From assembly GCF_006345805.1 (NCBI RefSeq), contig NC_043003.1:53940001-54004000 (forward strand): a stretch of 64,000 nt of DNA. The letters are read 5' to 3'. The position numbers were made by a program, and so were the translations under genes. The notes below the pieces were generated by a model. It saw nothing but the letters and a program-made list of their open reading frames with translations. It ran no database searches and was not told the DNA's origin. The DNA comes from Octopus sinensis. Lineage: Eukaryota. This document shows, piece by piece, positions 29,417-40,556 of this stretch; within the stretch, counting starts at the first letter, position 1, and each line of letters opens with the position of its first letter.

Positions 29417-29484
29417 TTTGGGCAAAAATGAAGAATGTAAATGATAATTTGCCAATTTGTTCAGACAATACAAATTAAAATGTT

Positions 29485-29835
29485 TGCTTCCGTTTCACGT
29501 GGTATCTTAGGTAAGAGTCTTCTATTGCTTTCGGGCCAACCAATGCCTTGTGAGTGAACTACGCAGAGGGAAACTATGTGGAAGCGCATCCTTGTATATG
29601 TGTGTGTGTTTGTGTTCGCGTGTGTGTGTGTGTCTGTGTTTATGTATATCCCCTTTACAGGAGGACTAACGTGTTGGCTTGTTAATCCCCAATCTCTTGT
29701 AACTTAGCTGTTCGATAAAGGGGCGAAGAAATAAGTAGATTTAAAACAAGTACTGGGGTCGATTTGTTCAATTAACTCTATAAGACGGTGCTACAGCATG
29801 GTCGCAGCCCAGTGATCGAAACAAGTAAAAGAGTA
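29485..29835 (+). mobile_element. Degenerate SINE family B
   Basis: TCGGGCCAACCAATGCCTTGTGAGTG..(TG)n..CAGCATGGTCGCAG..GAAACAAGTAAAAGAGTA. Confidence 0.7.
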
Positions 29836-29937
29836 CAATGATATACGATAGATTTACGTGCTCAATGCAAAAATGAAAAAAAAATCGTGATGGTCACTTT
29901 GTTGGAATGCCCTTTAACTGTGGGTGTGCTTGATGAG

Positions 29938-30465
29938 AGGAAAACATGGGCTTAACAAGCAGGAGGAGGAGGAGAAGAGGAAGAAGGAAGGGAAAGAAGT
30001 GGAGGAGCAGGAGGGGAGAAGAAGAAAAAAGAAAAAGAAGAAAACATGGATTTAACAAAGAAGAGGAGGAGAACAGGAAAAAAGAGGAGGAGGAGAAGGA
30101 GGGAGAAGAAGAAGAACAAAACGAAGAAAAACATGGGTTTAACAAGGAGGAGGAGAAGAGGAGGAAGAGGGGATAAGAAGAAAAAGAAGAAAACATTGCT
30201 TTAACAAGGAGGAGGAGGAGGACAAGATGAAGAAAAAAGAGGAGGGGAGAAGAAGAAGCAGAGAAAGAAGAAACAGAAAAAACATGGGTTTAACAAAGAA
30301 GAGGAGGACAAGAGGAAGAAAGAAGAGGAGGGAAGAAGAAGAAGAAGAAGAAGAAGAAGAAGAAGAAGAAGAAGAAGAAAAAGGAGAAAACATGGGTTTA
30401 ACAAGGAGGAGAAGGAGGATGAGAAGAAGCAGAAAAAGAAGAAACAGAGGGAAAAAAAGAAGGCA
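29938..30465 (+). repeat. Purine-rich minisatellite with six AAAACATGGGTTTAACAAG anchors
   Basis: Anchors at ~29941, 30041, 30128, 30190, 30279 and 30387, separated by GAA/GAG tracts. Confidence 0.9.
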
Positions 30466-30896
30466 ACGATATTTTACACTCAGTGCACTTTCATAGGTAA
30501 ATCGTACAGCAGGTAGAAAAAATTTAATCATATGGCTCACAGCAGCTCATCTATGGTTTAGATTTTTCTGCCTGAGCAAGAAGTTCATATAAGCCTCAGC
30601 ATAATGCTAAAATATATTCTGTTGGTCCAGCCATCCTCCATGAACCCCTTAGACCGAAGGGGGTTATTTCAGAATTATATTTTCGAGGTATTATTTTGAA
30701 TCTAAGACTGAATGAAACTTTAGAAAGAAAACCAAAAGCAAAGATTTTTCCAGCGCCTTGAATCTCCGATTCCAATGACGTTATGCTTTGGTAAGTTGTA
30801 ATATTAGAACCTAAGATGGAGGCAGATTCTTTTTAAATGCAAGAGTAATTCAGTAGACGCGTACATACGAATATATCTGTACACGTATACTCATGA

Positions 30897-31110
30897 AGCG
30901 TTAGCACGCCGGGCGAAATGCGTAGACGTATTTCGTCTGTCGTTACGTTCCGAGTTCAAATTCCGCTGAGGTCGACTTTACCTTTCATCCTTTCGGGGTC
31001 GATAAATTAAGTACCAGTTACGCACTGGGGTCGATGTAATCGACATAATCCCTTTGTCTGTCCTTGTTTGTCCCCTCTGTGTTTAGCCCCTTGTGGGTAG
31101 TAAAGAAATA
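30897..31110 (+). mobile_element. SINE family A (5'-clipped)
   Basis: GTTAGCACGCCGGGCGAAATGCG..GTTCAAATTCCGCTGAGGTCGAC. Confidence 0.88.
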
Positions 31111-31118
31111 TATACTCA

Positions 31119-31187
<69 letters not shown>

Positions 31188-31281
31188 GTCTGCCTGTCTG
31201 CTTGTCAGTCTGTCTGCCTGTCTGCTTGTCAGTATGCCTGCCTGCCTGTCTGTCTCCTTCCTTGTCTGTTTTTCTGCCTGT

Positions 31282-31335
<54 letters not shown>

Positions 31336-31905
31336 CATCGGTCTGTCTATCTCTCTGTCTGTATGTCTGTCTGTCTGTTACACACACAAGTATATATAAA
31401 TATACTTTCATATAAAGGTGCGTATAAAGAGGCATATCCACTAACACGCGAGCGCATGTTTCGTGACAAAACCGCATATATCCAAACACACACACACACA
31501 CACACATTTATATATACAAACATATATACACTTCTGCATGTGTGCGCACTTGCTTTCATTTGAATATATCGTATACACACAAATATGCACGTTAATACAC
31601 TCATGCACAGTACACACGTGCGTGCGTGTGTGTGTAGATATATGTATGTATGATATATACATATATATATAAATAATATTAGGGTAATAAGAATTATAGA
31701 AATTTTTGCTACCAGTGGTCTAGCGCCAAAAAATTTAGTCAATAGACTATATATTATTCATATAAAATATCGTATACATTAAAACACATTAAGAGGCTTC
31801 CATCATAGCCTTGCGCTAGAAAGAACAGTTAATGTTCAAACCACTAATTAGGGATAAATTCTCGAATGGAATGAAAAATAAAAATATTTACCATCTAATT
31901 TAATT

Positions 31906-31972
31906 CCCGGACCATGGTTTCTGACTTATTCCATTAAAATAAAAATTTACTGAGGATGTCTTCCTCAGCGGG
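31906..31972 (-). ncRNA. Type-I hammerhead ribozyme
   Basis: Minus strand: CCCG-CUGAGGA-A-GAC(..~38 nt..)GUC-A-GAAAC-CAUG-GUC^CGGG. Stem I CCCG/CGGG, intact core, palindromic stem III ACCAUGGU. Confidence 0.8.
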
Positions 31973-32031
31973 TAGCCTTAGATTTAAGTATACACACATC
32001 GAGAACGATTCAGCATGTAAACTATTTGTTT

Positions 32032-32075
<44 letters not shown>

Positions 32076-32077
<2 letters not shown>

Positions 32078-32307
32078 TTCTTTACTACCCACAAGGGGCT
32101 AAACACAGAGGGGACAAACAAGGACAGACAAAGGGATTAAGTCGACTACATCGACCCCAGTGCGTAACTGGTACTTAATTTATCGACCCCGAAAGGATGA
32201 AAGGCAAAGTCGACCTCGGCGGAATTTGAACTCGGAACGTAACGACAGACGAAATACGGCTACGAATCTCGCCCGGCGTGCTAACGTTTCTACCAGCTCG
32301 CCGCCTT
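32076..32307 (-). mobile_element. SINE family A, near-consensus
   Basis: Full head-to-tail match on the minus strand. Confidence 0.9.
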
Positions 32308-32685
32308 ATGTGTATACATATACACACCTATGTATATAGTATATATATATATACATATACTTATTTATACGTATATATGCATGTATATATGTATATACAT
32401 ACATACATACATGCATACATATATACATACATATAAAGTTTTGCCATTTCAACAAGGCTGTTCTATAAAAACTATGTTACTACCATTTTTTTAATTCCTA
32501 GGAGAACAGCTGGTTAACGACACGACCTATGTCCAAAATATTACGAGCAAGGGAGCGAACCCTACCATCTAGCGGTGACAAGACCAGTAGACCGGTCTAG
32601 TTTCAGGGTATTTGCTTCCGTCAGTACTGGATACAACAAATATTACTTTTCAATATTGTTACTACTTGCATCTCTTATAGAACTA

Positions 32686-32833
32686 GCTGGCTTTGTGGTA
32701 AGAAGCTTGCTTACCAGTCACATGCTTCTAGGTTCAGTCCCACTGCGTGGCACTCTGGGCAAGTGTATTTTACTACAGCCTCGGGTCGACTAATGCTTTG
32801 TGAGTGTATTTGGTAGACGGAAACTGAAAGAAT
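32686..32833 (+). mobile_element. SINE family B head, truncated at a PLE fragment
   Basis: TGGCTTTGTGGTAAGAAGCTTGCTTACC..GGTTCAGTCCCACTGCGTGGCAC..GGTAGACGGAAACTGAAAGAA. Confidence 0.8.
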
Positions 32834-32834
32834 C

Positions 32835-33800
32835 CCTAGAGGCGAACTGGCGTACCGCTTTAGAATGGCACTAGACAAGCTTAAGCTAAGAATTAAGGTT
32901 GTAGAAAGGCTAGGTAACCCTTTCAAATCAATAATCGGTAGGACCTACCCTTTTAATAGAACCCCCTGTACTGATAGGAACTGTATTGTATGTAGAGTTA
33001 GCCCACAGACAAGTTGTAAAACTAGGAATGTAGTCAATAGAATAAGATGTACAGAGGGACGGTGCAGAAACAAGACAGTGACGTGCGTAGGGGAGATAGC
33101 ACGTAGCATAGGAGTGCGGTTTAATAGCATTTGAGGGAACTCAAGGAAGAGAAGAGCTCATCAGTTTTATATCAGCATGCCAGGCAGGAACACGGGGGCT
33201 CACTCAACAACATAGAAATAAAAATTTTGTCAACACATAGAAGGGACGCAACGCTTAGACAAATTACGGAAGCTACACACAAAATAGAAAATAAACCTAG
33301 TCTAAATAGAAAGCTAGAATGGAGCACTAGCACCCATTCACCACAACCCGATGACAATAAGATCTCCATAAATTAATAATAATATGAAACTAATACAATA
33401 GATAGATAGGTCAATGGAATTAAGTAATAAAATACATAGAATATAATAAATTAATACAAATAAAGAAAATAAGTAAAAATAAATAAATACAATAAAATGA
33501 ACGTGAATAAATCTGATAATGCTGGTACGAAACAGTTACCAAACATAGACACACACAGGGATTTACACATGCGCAAACAAAGGCACATGCAACAGGAACA
33601 CAAAGTGGCAGACCGTTCGGAAGGAGAGACACAAAAAAGAAAGAAGAAAGCAAGAAACCACTGATGAGGTCATAGAAGTGTGACGAAAGAACTCTGGCCG
33701 AAATATAATTAATATGAAATAAAGCTGAAGCAAGTGAACACCGAATATAGAGTGTGTGTGTTTTCATTAGCTAAATTGGCAGCATGACCATCTCTATATA
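32835..33800 (+). mobile_element. Penelope-like retroelement 3' fragment: linker, GIY-YIG endonuclease and pLTR
   Basis: CTDRNCIVC..CKTRNVVNRIRCTEGRC..CVGEIARSIGVRF / SVLYQHARQEH..LRQITEA..KPSLNRKLEW is a degraded GIY-YIG with CCHH. One frameshift at ~33127. An HHR motif lies downstream. Confidence 0.88.
33658..33697 (+). ncRNA. Minimal hammerhead motif in the PLE pLTR (imperfect)
   Basis: CCA-CUGAUGA-G-GUCA UAGAAGUG UGAC-GAAA-GAAC-UC^UGG. Confidence 0.6.
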
Positions 33801-35053
33801 CAACAATATTTCTTTCAACACGAGTTCACTTCACGAATTGTAAAACTTACTGATAGTATAACACAATATTATATTTATATTTATAATCACACTTTATGTT
33901 CCATAAACTTTATAAATTTATATATATGTGATATTTTAATACTTTCTTATATCCTTCCATAATTTTTCCATAGTGCTTGTAATTTATGAATAAATATTTT
34001 CAAGATCTTTTATATGTTTACCCGATTTAGAAATACCTATTTTATTGTTTATCTTTTAATCATGCATTTTTCCATGAATAGCTACCTGCCCATATCGGTT
34101 TAGCTATTACCTTTGCATGTACTCTATTATACATTTTGTGTACCTCTAATCTAATTACCCCTCACAAAGGATTCCATATGTTAGATATCTTTTACTTGTC
34201 CACCTGTAACTGAGGAGAATAATCCTTGTTTTGATTTAATATATACTATGCACTCCTACATAGATGGTAATTTCATTCATTAATAAATTCATTGTGGGAT
34301 GCCTTTATCATGACCACCTTAACAACATGCTTAGGAAAGGCCTTATGTACTTTCTCTTAGATATGAAAGTACCTCATTATTAGGTTCTAAGTTTAATTTC
34401 TAACCTTTTTCCTTTTTATTGATCTAAAATTCTTTTCTAAATTTAATATGATAAATTTGCTAAGTTATGATGCATCCTGTATAACCCCAGTTCTAATTCC
34501 CACCATTAGAGCTTACTTTTACTTCTTTTATTTTTCATTTATTCCTCTTTTATGTGATAATCTAAGTAAGTGATAGCCACTCCTACCCTTCCTTCTTCTA
34601 GTTATTACCTCTTCTCCATCAGTCATTCTCTCACTAGCATCTCTCAGACATATCCTTTTATGTAAATAAAGCTAGATATCTGGTCCTAGTAATATAAGGG
34701 TCTGGGAGATTGTATGACATTAATTAATTTATCGCTAGCAGCTGGAACATTATTAGATAACCCCCAATGGATTTAATTCTACATAGTTGTAGACTATATT
34801 CTGCATAAAATAAATAAAATAGAAAAAAAATATATATAAATAACTATTCCACCACTCCTATATCTTGGCCCCCACAATTTTCCTCTGCTACTCTCTAAAT
34901 TATAGTAGGCTTAGGATGCTATATATTTTTCTCTAAATTCATTCTGCTACAAGTATAACAAAAGGAAACAATGTATTATTTTGGTTTCTAGTATTGATAT
35001 AATGTGTTTCTAAAAATGGTTTATTTGTGATGTTGGAAACTTATATAGTCATC

Positions 35054-35142
35054 TGCGTCTGATGAGAGAGCGGTTTTTTTCAAGCTGATGTGGTGTTTTC
35101 ATTGATCGATTAAATGGAGCCGCTTGAAACGGCCGGAATGCA
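35054..35142 (+). ncRNA. Degenerate hammerhead with extended stem II
   Basis: UGCGU-CUGAUGA-GA-GAGCGGUU...AGCCGCUU-GAAAC-GGCC-GGA-AUGCA. The cleavage triplet reads GGA instead of GUH. Confidence 0.55.
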
Positions 35143-35236
35143 CTGATGCCTGGATATCTTTGTTACTTATTTGCTTTTTGTTCATCTAACTTTGAGCTGC
35201 ACGGACTATACCTAATTAACTGAATCTTAATGATAT

Positions 35237-35270
<34 letters not shown>

Positions 35271-35284
35271 ATATATATATATAT

Positions 35285-35803
35285 AATGTGAAATAGAAAG
35301 ATGAGTAATCTTGTAGCAGATTAATCAAAAGTTTAACCGATACCTTGGTAGCAAAAATCACAGCAGAAGACAGCACGGTTGGAGGTACAACCATATGGTG
35401 TTGCAACCGTGCGTTGGTGCGGATAATTGAAATTAAAATATTATTGGTGAATTGAAGAAATGGAGCTGAACGAAGATTGAACAGAAATCGTTTTATTTCA
35501 TTCTACACGTGTTTCGAAAGGCACAATTTACCAAAATCCGATTGAATAATGAGACCATATTGTGTCTTTCTCTTGCCATGGGCTCTTAGGAGCTTAGTTC
35601 GATTTGTTTTGCTCCGCCTCTGTTCTGTTTTTGTTTTTTCCAACGGATTTCCTATTTCTTCCTGAAGAGAAAGACACAATATGGTCTCATTATTCAATCG
35701 GATTTTGGTAAATTGTGCCTTTCGAAACACGTGTAGAATGAAATAAAACGATTTCTGTTCAATCTTCGTTCAGCTCCATTTCTTCAATTCACCAATAATA
35801 TTT
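35285..35803. mobile_element. Fold-back non-coding element in (TA)n with 139-bp inverted arms, carrying an HHR
   Basis: 35436-35574 is the reverse complement of 35665-35803, with a 90-bp spacer. Confidence 0.85.
35654..35744 (+). ncRNA. Type-I hammerhead ribozyme with long stem II
   Basis: AUUUCUUC-CUGAAGA-GAAAGACACAAU(..31 nt..)AUUGUGCCUUUC-GAAAC-ACGU-GUA^GAAUGAAAU. Intact core and palindrome ACACGUGU. Confidence 0.85.
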
Positions 35804-36004
35804 ATATATATATATATATATACTAAGCAATAAGGGTTTAGCAACGAGTTGCCTTACCACATACCGAATTTAGAAATAGCAGTCAAAGGGTTATAGCTAT
35901 TTCTTCTACTAAAAAGGGAGATCTCAGTAAAAACAGCATTTGGAAGGCACAAACAGGTAAGAGAGAATGAATTGACTGCAATCTATCATACATTTTTTTA
36001 GTTA

Positions 36005-36117
36005 TCCACGGACGTACGTTTCGAAATCAAGTTTTAAGGAAAACATACGAATTAAATATTAATATTAAATAATAAATAATTCTATCTTACCGAAACTTCT
36101 TTTCTCTTCAGCGTAGA
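36005..36117 (-). ncRNA. Hammerhead ribozyme, array unit 1
   Basis: Minus strand: UCUACG-CUGAAGA-GAAA AG AAGUUU...AAACUU GA UUUC-GAAAC-GUAC-GUC^CGUGGA. 6-bp stem I and ~80-nt stem II hairpin. Confidence 0.88.
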
Positions 36118-36606
36118 ATACTATAATCATAAATGATTATATATTGAATTTTGAGATACCAGAAGGCAACAACTCCACTCAGTATCAGAGCGAGCTAGAA
36201 CCCGCAACTGGTATCACCGAATTCAATTTGTGAATGAAACGATTGTGTCAACAGCCCCTTCCCACCCGCGTGTAGCCAAAACAAGATGCTGTGGTCATCT
36301 ACTGAGATAAAATATGGTTATCCGTAATAATGAAGGGTGAAATTAATTAATTTGGAAAAATTATCAATTACACCAAGTAGTCTTCGGCATGTAAAAGCCT
36401 CATTCGAGGAAAATTTAAGTAATACTAAGCAATAAGGGTTTAGCAACGAGTTGCCTTACCACATACCGAATTTAGAAATAGCAGTCAAAGGGTTATAGCT
36501 ATTTCTTCTACTAAAAAGGGAGATCTCAGTAAAAACAGCATTTGGAAGGCACAAACAGGTAAGAGAGAATGAATTGACTGCAATCTATCATACATTTTTT
36601 TAGTTA

Positions 36607-36718
36607 TCCACGGACGTACGTTTCGAAATCAAGTTTTAAGGAAAGCATACGAATTAAATATTAAATTTAATAATAAATAATTCTATCTTACCGAAACTTC
36701 TTTTCTCTTCAGCGTAGA
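36607..36718 (-). ncRNA. Hammerhead ribozyme, array unit 2
   Basis: Same motif as unit 1. Confidence 0.88.
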
Positions 36719-37206
36719 ATACTATAATCATAAATGATTATATATTGAATTTTGAGATACCAGAAGGCACCAACTCCACTCAGTATCAGAGCGAGCTAGA
36801 ACCCGCAACTGGTATCACCGAATTCAATTTGTGAATGAAACGATTGTGTCAACAGCCCCTTCCCACCCGCGTGTAGCAAAACAAGATGCTGTGGTCATCT
36901 ACTGAGATAAAATATGGTTATCCGTAATAATGAAGGGTGAAATTAATTAATTTGGAAAAATTATCAATTACACCAAGTAGTCTTCGGCATGTAAAAGCCT
37001 CATTCGAGGAAAATTTAAGTAATACTAAGCAATAAGGGTTTAGCAACGAGTTGCCTTACCACATACCGAATTTAGAAATAGCAGTCAAAGGGTTATAGCT
37101 ATTTCTTCTACTAAAAAGGGAGATCTCAGTAAAAACAGCATTTGGAAGGCACAAACAGGTAAGAGAGAATGAATTGACTGCAATCTATCATACATTTTTT
37201 TAGTTA

Positions 37207-37320
37207 TCCACGGACGTACGTTTCGAAATCAAGTTTTAAGGAAAGCATACGAATTAAATATTAAATATTAAATAATAAATAATTCTATCTTACCGAAACT
37301 TCTTTTCTCTTCAGCGTAGA
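37207..37320 (-). ncRNA. Hammerhead ribozyme, array unit 3
   Basis: Same motif as unit 1. Confidence 0.88.
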
Positions 37321-37845
37321 ATACTATAATCATAAATGATATATATTGAATTTTGAGATACCAGAAGGCACCAACTCCACTCAGTATCAGAGCGAGCTAG
37401 AACCCGCAACTGGTATCACCGAATTCAATTTGTGAATGAAACGATTGTGTCAACAGCCCCTTCCCACCCGCGGTGTAGCCAAAACAAGATGCTGTGGTCA
37501 TCTACTGAGATAAAATATGGTTATCCGTAATAATGAAGGGTGAAATTAATTAATTTGGAAAAATTATCAATTACACCAAGTAGTCTTCGGCATGTAAAAG
37601 CCTCATTCGAGGAAAATTTAAGTAATACTAAGCAATAAGGGTTTAGCAACGAGTTGCCTTACCACATACCGAATTTAGAAATAGCAGTCAAAGGGTTATA
37701 GCTATTTCTTCTACTAAAAAGGGAGTTCTCAGTAAAAACAGCATTTGGAAGGCACAAACAGGTAAGAGAGAATGAATTGACTGCAATATATATATATATA
37801 TATAATATATATATATTATATATATATATATATTATATATATATA

Positions 37846-38037
37846 TAGTAAAGATTGTTTGCCAGCATAACATAGCAGTCCTGGTTTAGACGAATGTTGC
37901 TGTAATTTAACCCAGGAAACATCGTCTCCAGCTGGCTATACGATACGAGCTGGAGATGATGCTTCATGGGACTAAATTACTGCAACATTCGTCCTAAACC
38001 AGGACTGCCATATTATGTTGGCAAACAATCTTTACTA
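37846..38037. repeat. ~190-bp imperfect palindrome (fold-back/MITE-like)
   Basis: TAGTAAAGATTGTTTGCCA..GCAGTCCTGGTTTAG..CTCCAGCT is mirrored by AGCTGGAG..CTAAACCAGGACTGC..TGGCAAACAATCTTTACTA. Confidence 0.85.
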
Positions 38038-38504
38038 CGAAGTACAGTTGTTGAATATCTCTTGTTGTGAAATTTGAAAATAGTAATTTTCTAATATATA
38101 TATATGTATGCATGTATGCATGTATATTTTTGGCATTTTTGTATAATTATTATTATTTTTCTCCTGTTGTATATAGCCGTAAGGTTTCGCGTTGTTATAT
38201 ATGCATAATTCTTCGTCTGTTATATTTATATATTGTCTTATGTGTTTCTGACACAGTATACATTCGCTAGCTTTTTCCCAGTCGCTTAATAACTGCACTG
38301 GCACCACCAAGATTGAATGGTCTCAACGATAATGGTGCAAAACCACGATGATATTTTGGTTCATTGACTCAACTGCGAATACTTCGTGTATGGTGTCGTT
38401 GTCTATATTCCCCGTCCATTAAGTTTTCGTCTAGTTACCCGTTTGCTCTGCATTCATCTAACTTTATCTCCTCGTTGTGTTTTGCATATTTATATATGGT
38501 CATT

Positions 38505-38745
38505 TGGAGGCGCATGGTTTAATGTTATGGTATTTCACTTGTGATCGTAAGATTGTGGTTTCGATTCCTAAACCGGACGATGCTTTATGTTGTTAAAACA
38601 CTTCATTTCCAATTTCTTCAGTGGCAAAAATGAGTAATCCTTCGACGGACCGGCGTTCCCTCCATCGAGGGGAATACAGACTTCACATAATCCGGGAAAC
38701 CTGCCTAATGAGCATATGGGCCGGGAAGGAATTCTGATCTTATTT
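38505..38745 (+). mobile_element. Degenerate SINE (family C-related)
   Basis: TGGAGGCGCATGG..GGTTTCGATTCC..CGACGGACCGGCGTTCC..CCGGGAAACC. Confidence 0.65.
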
Positions 38746-39106
38746 GATATCAGGTCATGTGCAAATATAATTTGGCATAGCACTAGGCTTCCTGATATTT
38801 TTCTTAGTACACAAACACACACAAACACAAATACTCGTAGACGTACCTATGTAAGCGTGTTCTCACAAAAATGCACGCTCATTAGCGTTTACATTTACTT
38901 ATTCAGACTTATTTAATATTCAAATACACACGTATGTTTCGAAAGTGAAAATGTACAAACTTAAATAGTTGCATCCGAGCAAATATGTATTGTGTATGTG
39001 AGCGTGTGTTCGTGTGTGTTCGTGTGTGTATGTGTGCGTGAGTGCCTTTCTTCCCATCTATCTATCTATGCATTATATACATATATATATACATACACAT
39101 ATATAC

Positions 39107-39161
<55 letters not shown>

Positions 39162-39649
39162 TTTCAAAGGACTATGACTATGCTGGGGACCGACCTCAGT
39201 TGTTACTTTTGTGCTTGATACTTATGATACCGGGTCCTTTTCTCGAACCTCTACCTATCTATATCGCTTTTCATATATTTCGTAATATTCTACTATACAC
39301 ACAAGCGCGTGTACGCGAACGCTCACACATACGCACACATTTACACGCACGCAACACACACACACACACACTCGCGCGCGTGTGTATTTGCATATGTATA
39401 TTTGTGTGTGTGTGTGTGTGTGTGTGTGTAAGTATGTACATATATGAGAGCTGTTGTGCCTTCGTGTGTGTTGCATCCTTGACATACGATGTCAGATGTT
39501 CAGCATTAAGGTAAGAAAACGTAAAAGAAAACGAAAACCTCCATTTCCAATTAATGTCTCTGACGTGGTTGCCCAATTCTGTTTAGTTTGTTTTTCGCCG
39601 ACTTTCTTTCATAATCATATCCTCCTCCTCCTTTACTCTTTTTCCTTCT

Positions 39650-39975
39650 TCTCCACCCCCTCCTCGTCGTTGTCATCGTCGACGTCGTCGTCGGGGGTCA
39701 TTATTATCATCAACGTTACGGTAAACATAATTGCCAAGAAAATTACCATCGTCATCATCATCATCATCATCCATCATCATCTGTCATCATCATCACGATC
39801 AATCATCATCATCATCATCATCATTATCATCATTATCATCATCATCATCAACATCATCGACGTCATCGTCATCATCATCATCATCATCATCATCAATTTC
39901 TAGCCCCACCAGCGCCACTACCAGCACCATCACCACCAACATCACCACCACCACCACCACCACCATCATCATTAC
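39650..39975. repeat. (CGT)/(CAT)n/(CAC)n trinucleotide tract
   Basis: Directly visible. Confidence 0.9.
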
Positions 39976-40556
39976 TATTTTTTCTTCATCTGACTTTTCT
40001 CCAATTTCTTCCAAGATCTTCTCTCATACATATGCACTCACATATACGCGTTTGTGTGTAGCATACCTATGTAATTATACTATAACAAACGTATTTGGTT
40101 GCATGTTTATACACACACACACACACACCACACACACAGTCACACAGATGTAAATACGTGTGTGAGCGTGTGAATAGGTGTGTGTGTGTGTTTTTGTTTG
40201 TGTATTTTTCATACAGGCGTGTGTTCATACTTACATGCATTCATACAAAATACATCCCCAAACATACCTAGATAGGTAGATGCAGTGAACCAAATACAAA
40301 TTCATGATAATAGGATAATAGAAAGGAACAACACTAAATCTTGGTTTTCATAACCTCTGTAGACTTAGCATAGAGATGAACACCACATGGGGTCCGGTAA
40401 TTAAAAACCGAAAGAACATTAAACCAACGACCATAAAGAGTAATGTTAAAAGCTTCTTATTTTCCACTATGTAATTCTCCCTATACGACAATGAGAAAGT
40501 TAATACAAGGGATAGAAGTGCTGATTACGCATTAGATATACGTGTTTAGTTATGAA

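Larger units (their letters stand above)
35821..37787 (-). repeat. Tandem array of ~600-bp HHR-containing units (3.3 copies) flanked by (TA)n
   Basis: TACTAAGCAATAAGGGTTTAGC at 35821, 36423, 37023 and 37626. Units differ by only a few nt and contain no ORF. Confidence 0.95.

Noticed and set aside
29938-30465. CRISPR-like repeat/spacer appearance (also 52640-53040)
   Set aside because: Spacers are low-complexity GA tracts of variable length, there are no cas genes, and the context is eukaryotic.
33120-33140. TGA within the GIY-YIG region as a possible selenocysteine codon
   Set aside because: Better explained by a 1-nt deletion (AAT GAG CAT TTG AGG = N-E-H-L-R), and it is not at a conserved Cys.
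35870-35887. TAGAAATAGC matches part of the SpCas9 sgRNA scaffold (GCTAGAAATAGC)
   Set aside because: Only ~10 nt, no rest of the scaffold, and it recurs with natural variation in repeats. Coincidence.
39470-39520. AAG|GTAAGA strong splice-donor-like site
   Set aside because: No convincing acceptor, ORF or protein similarity supports an exon.
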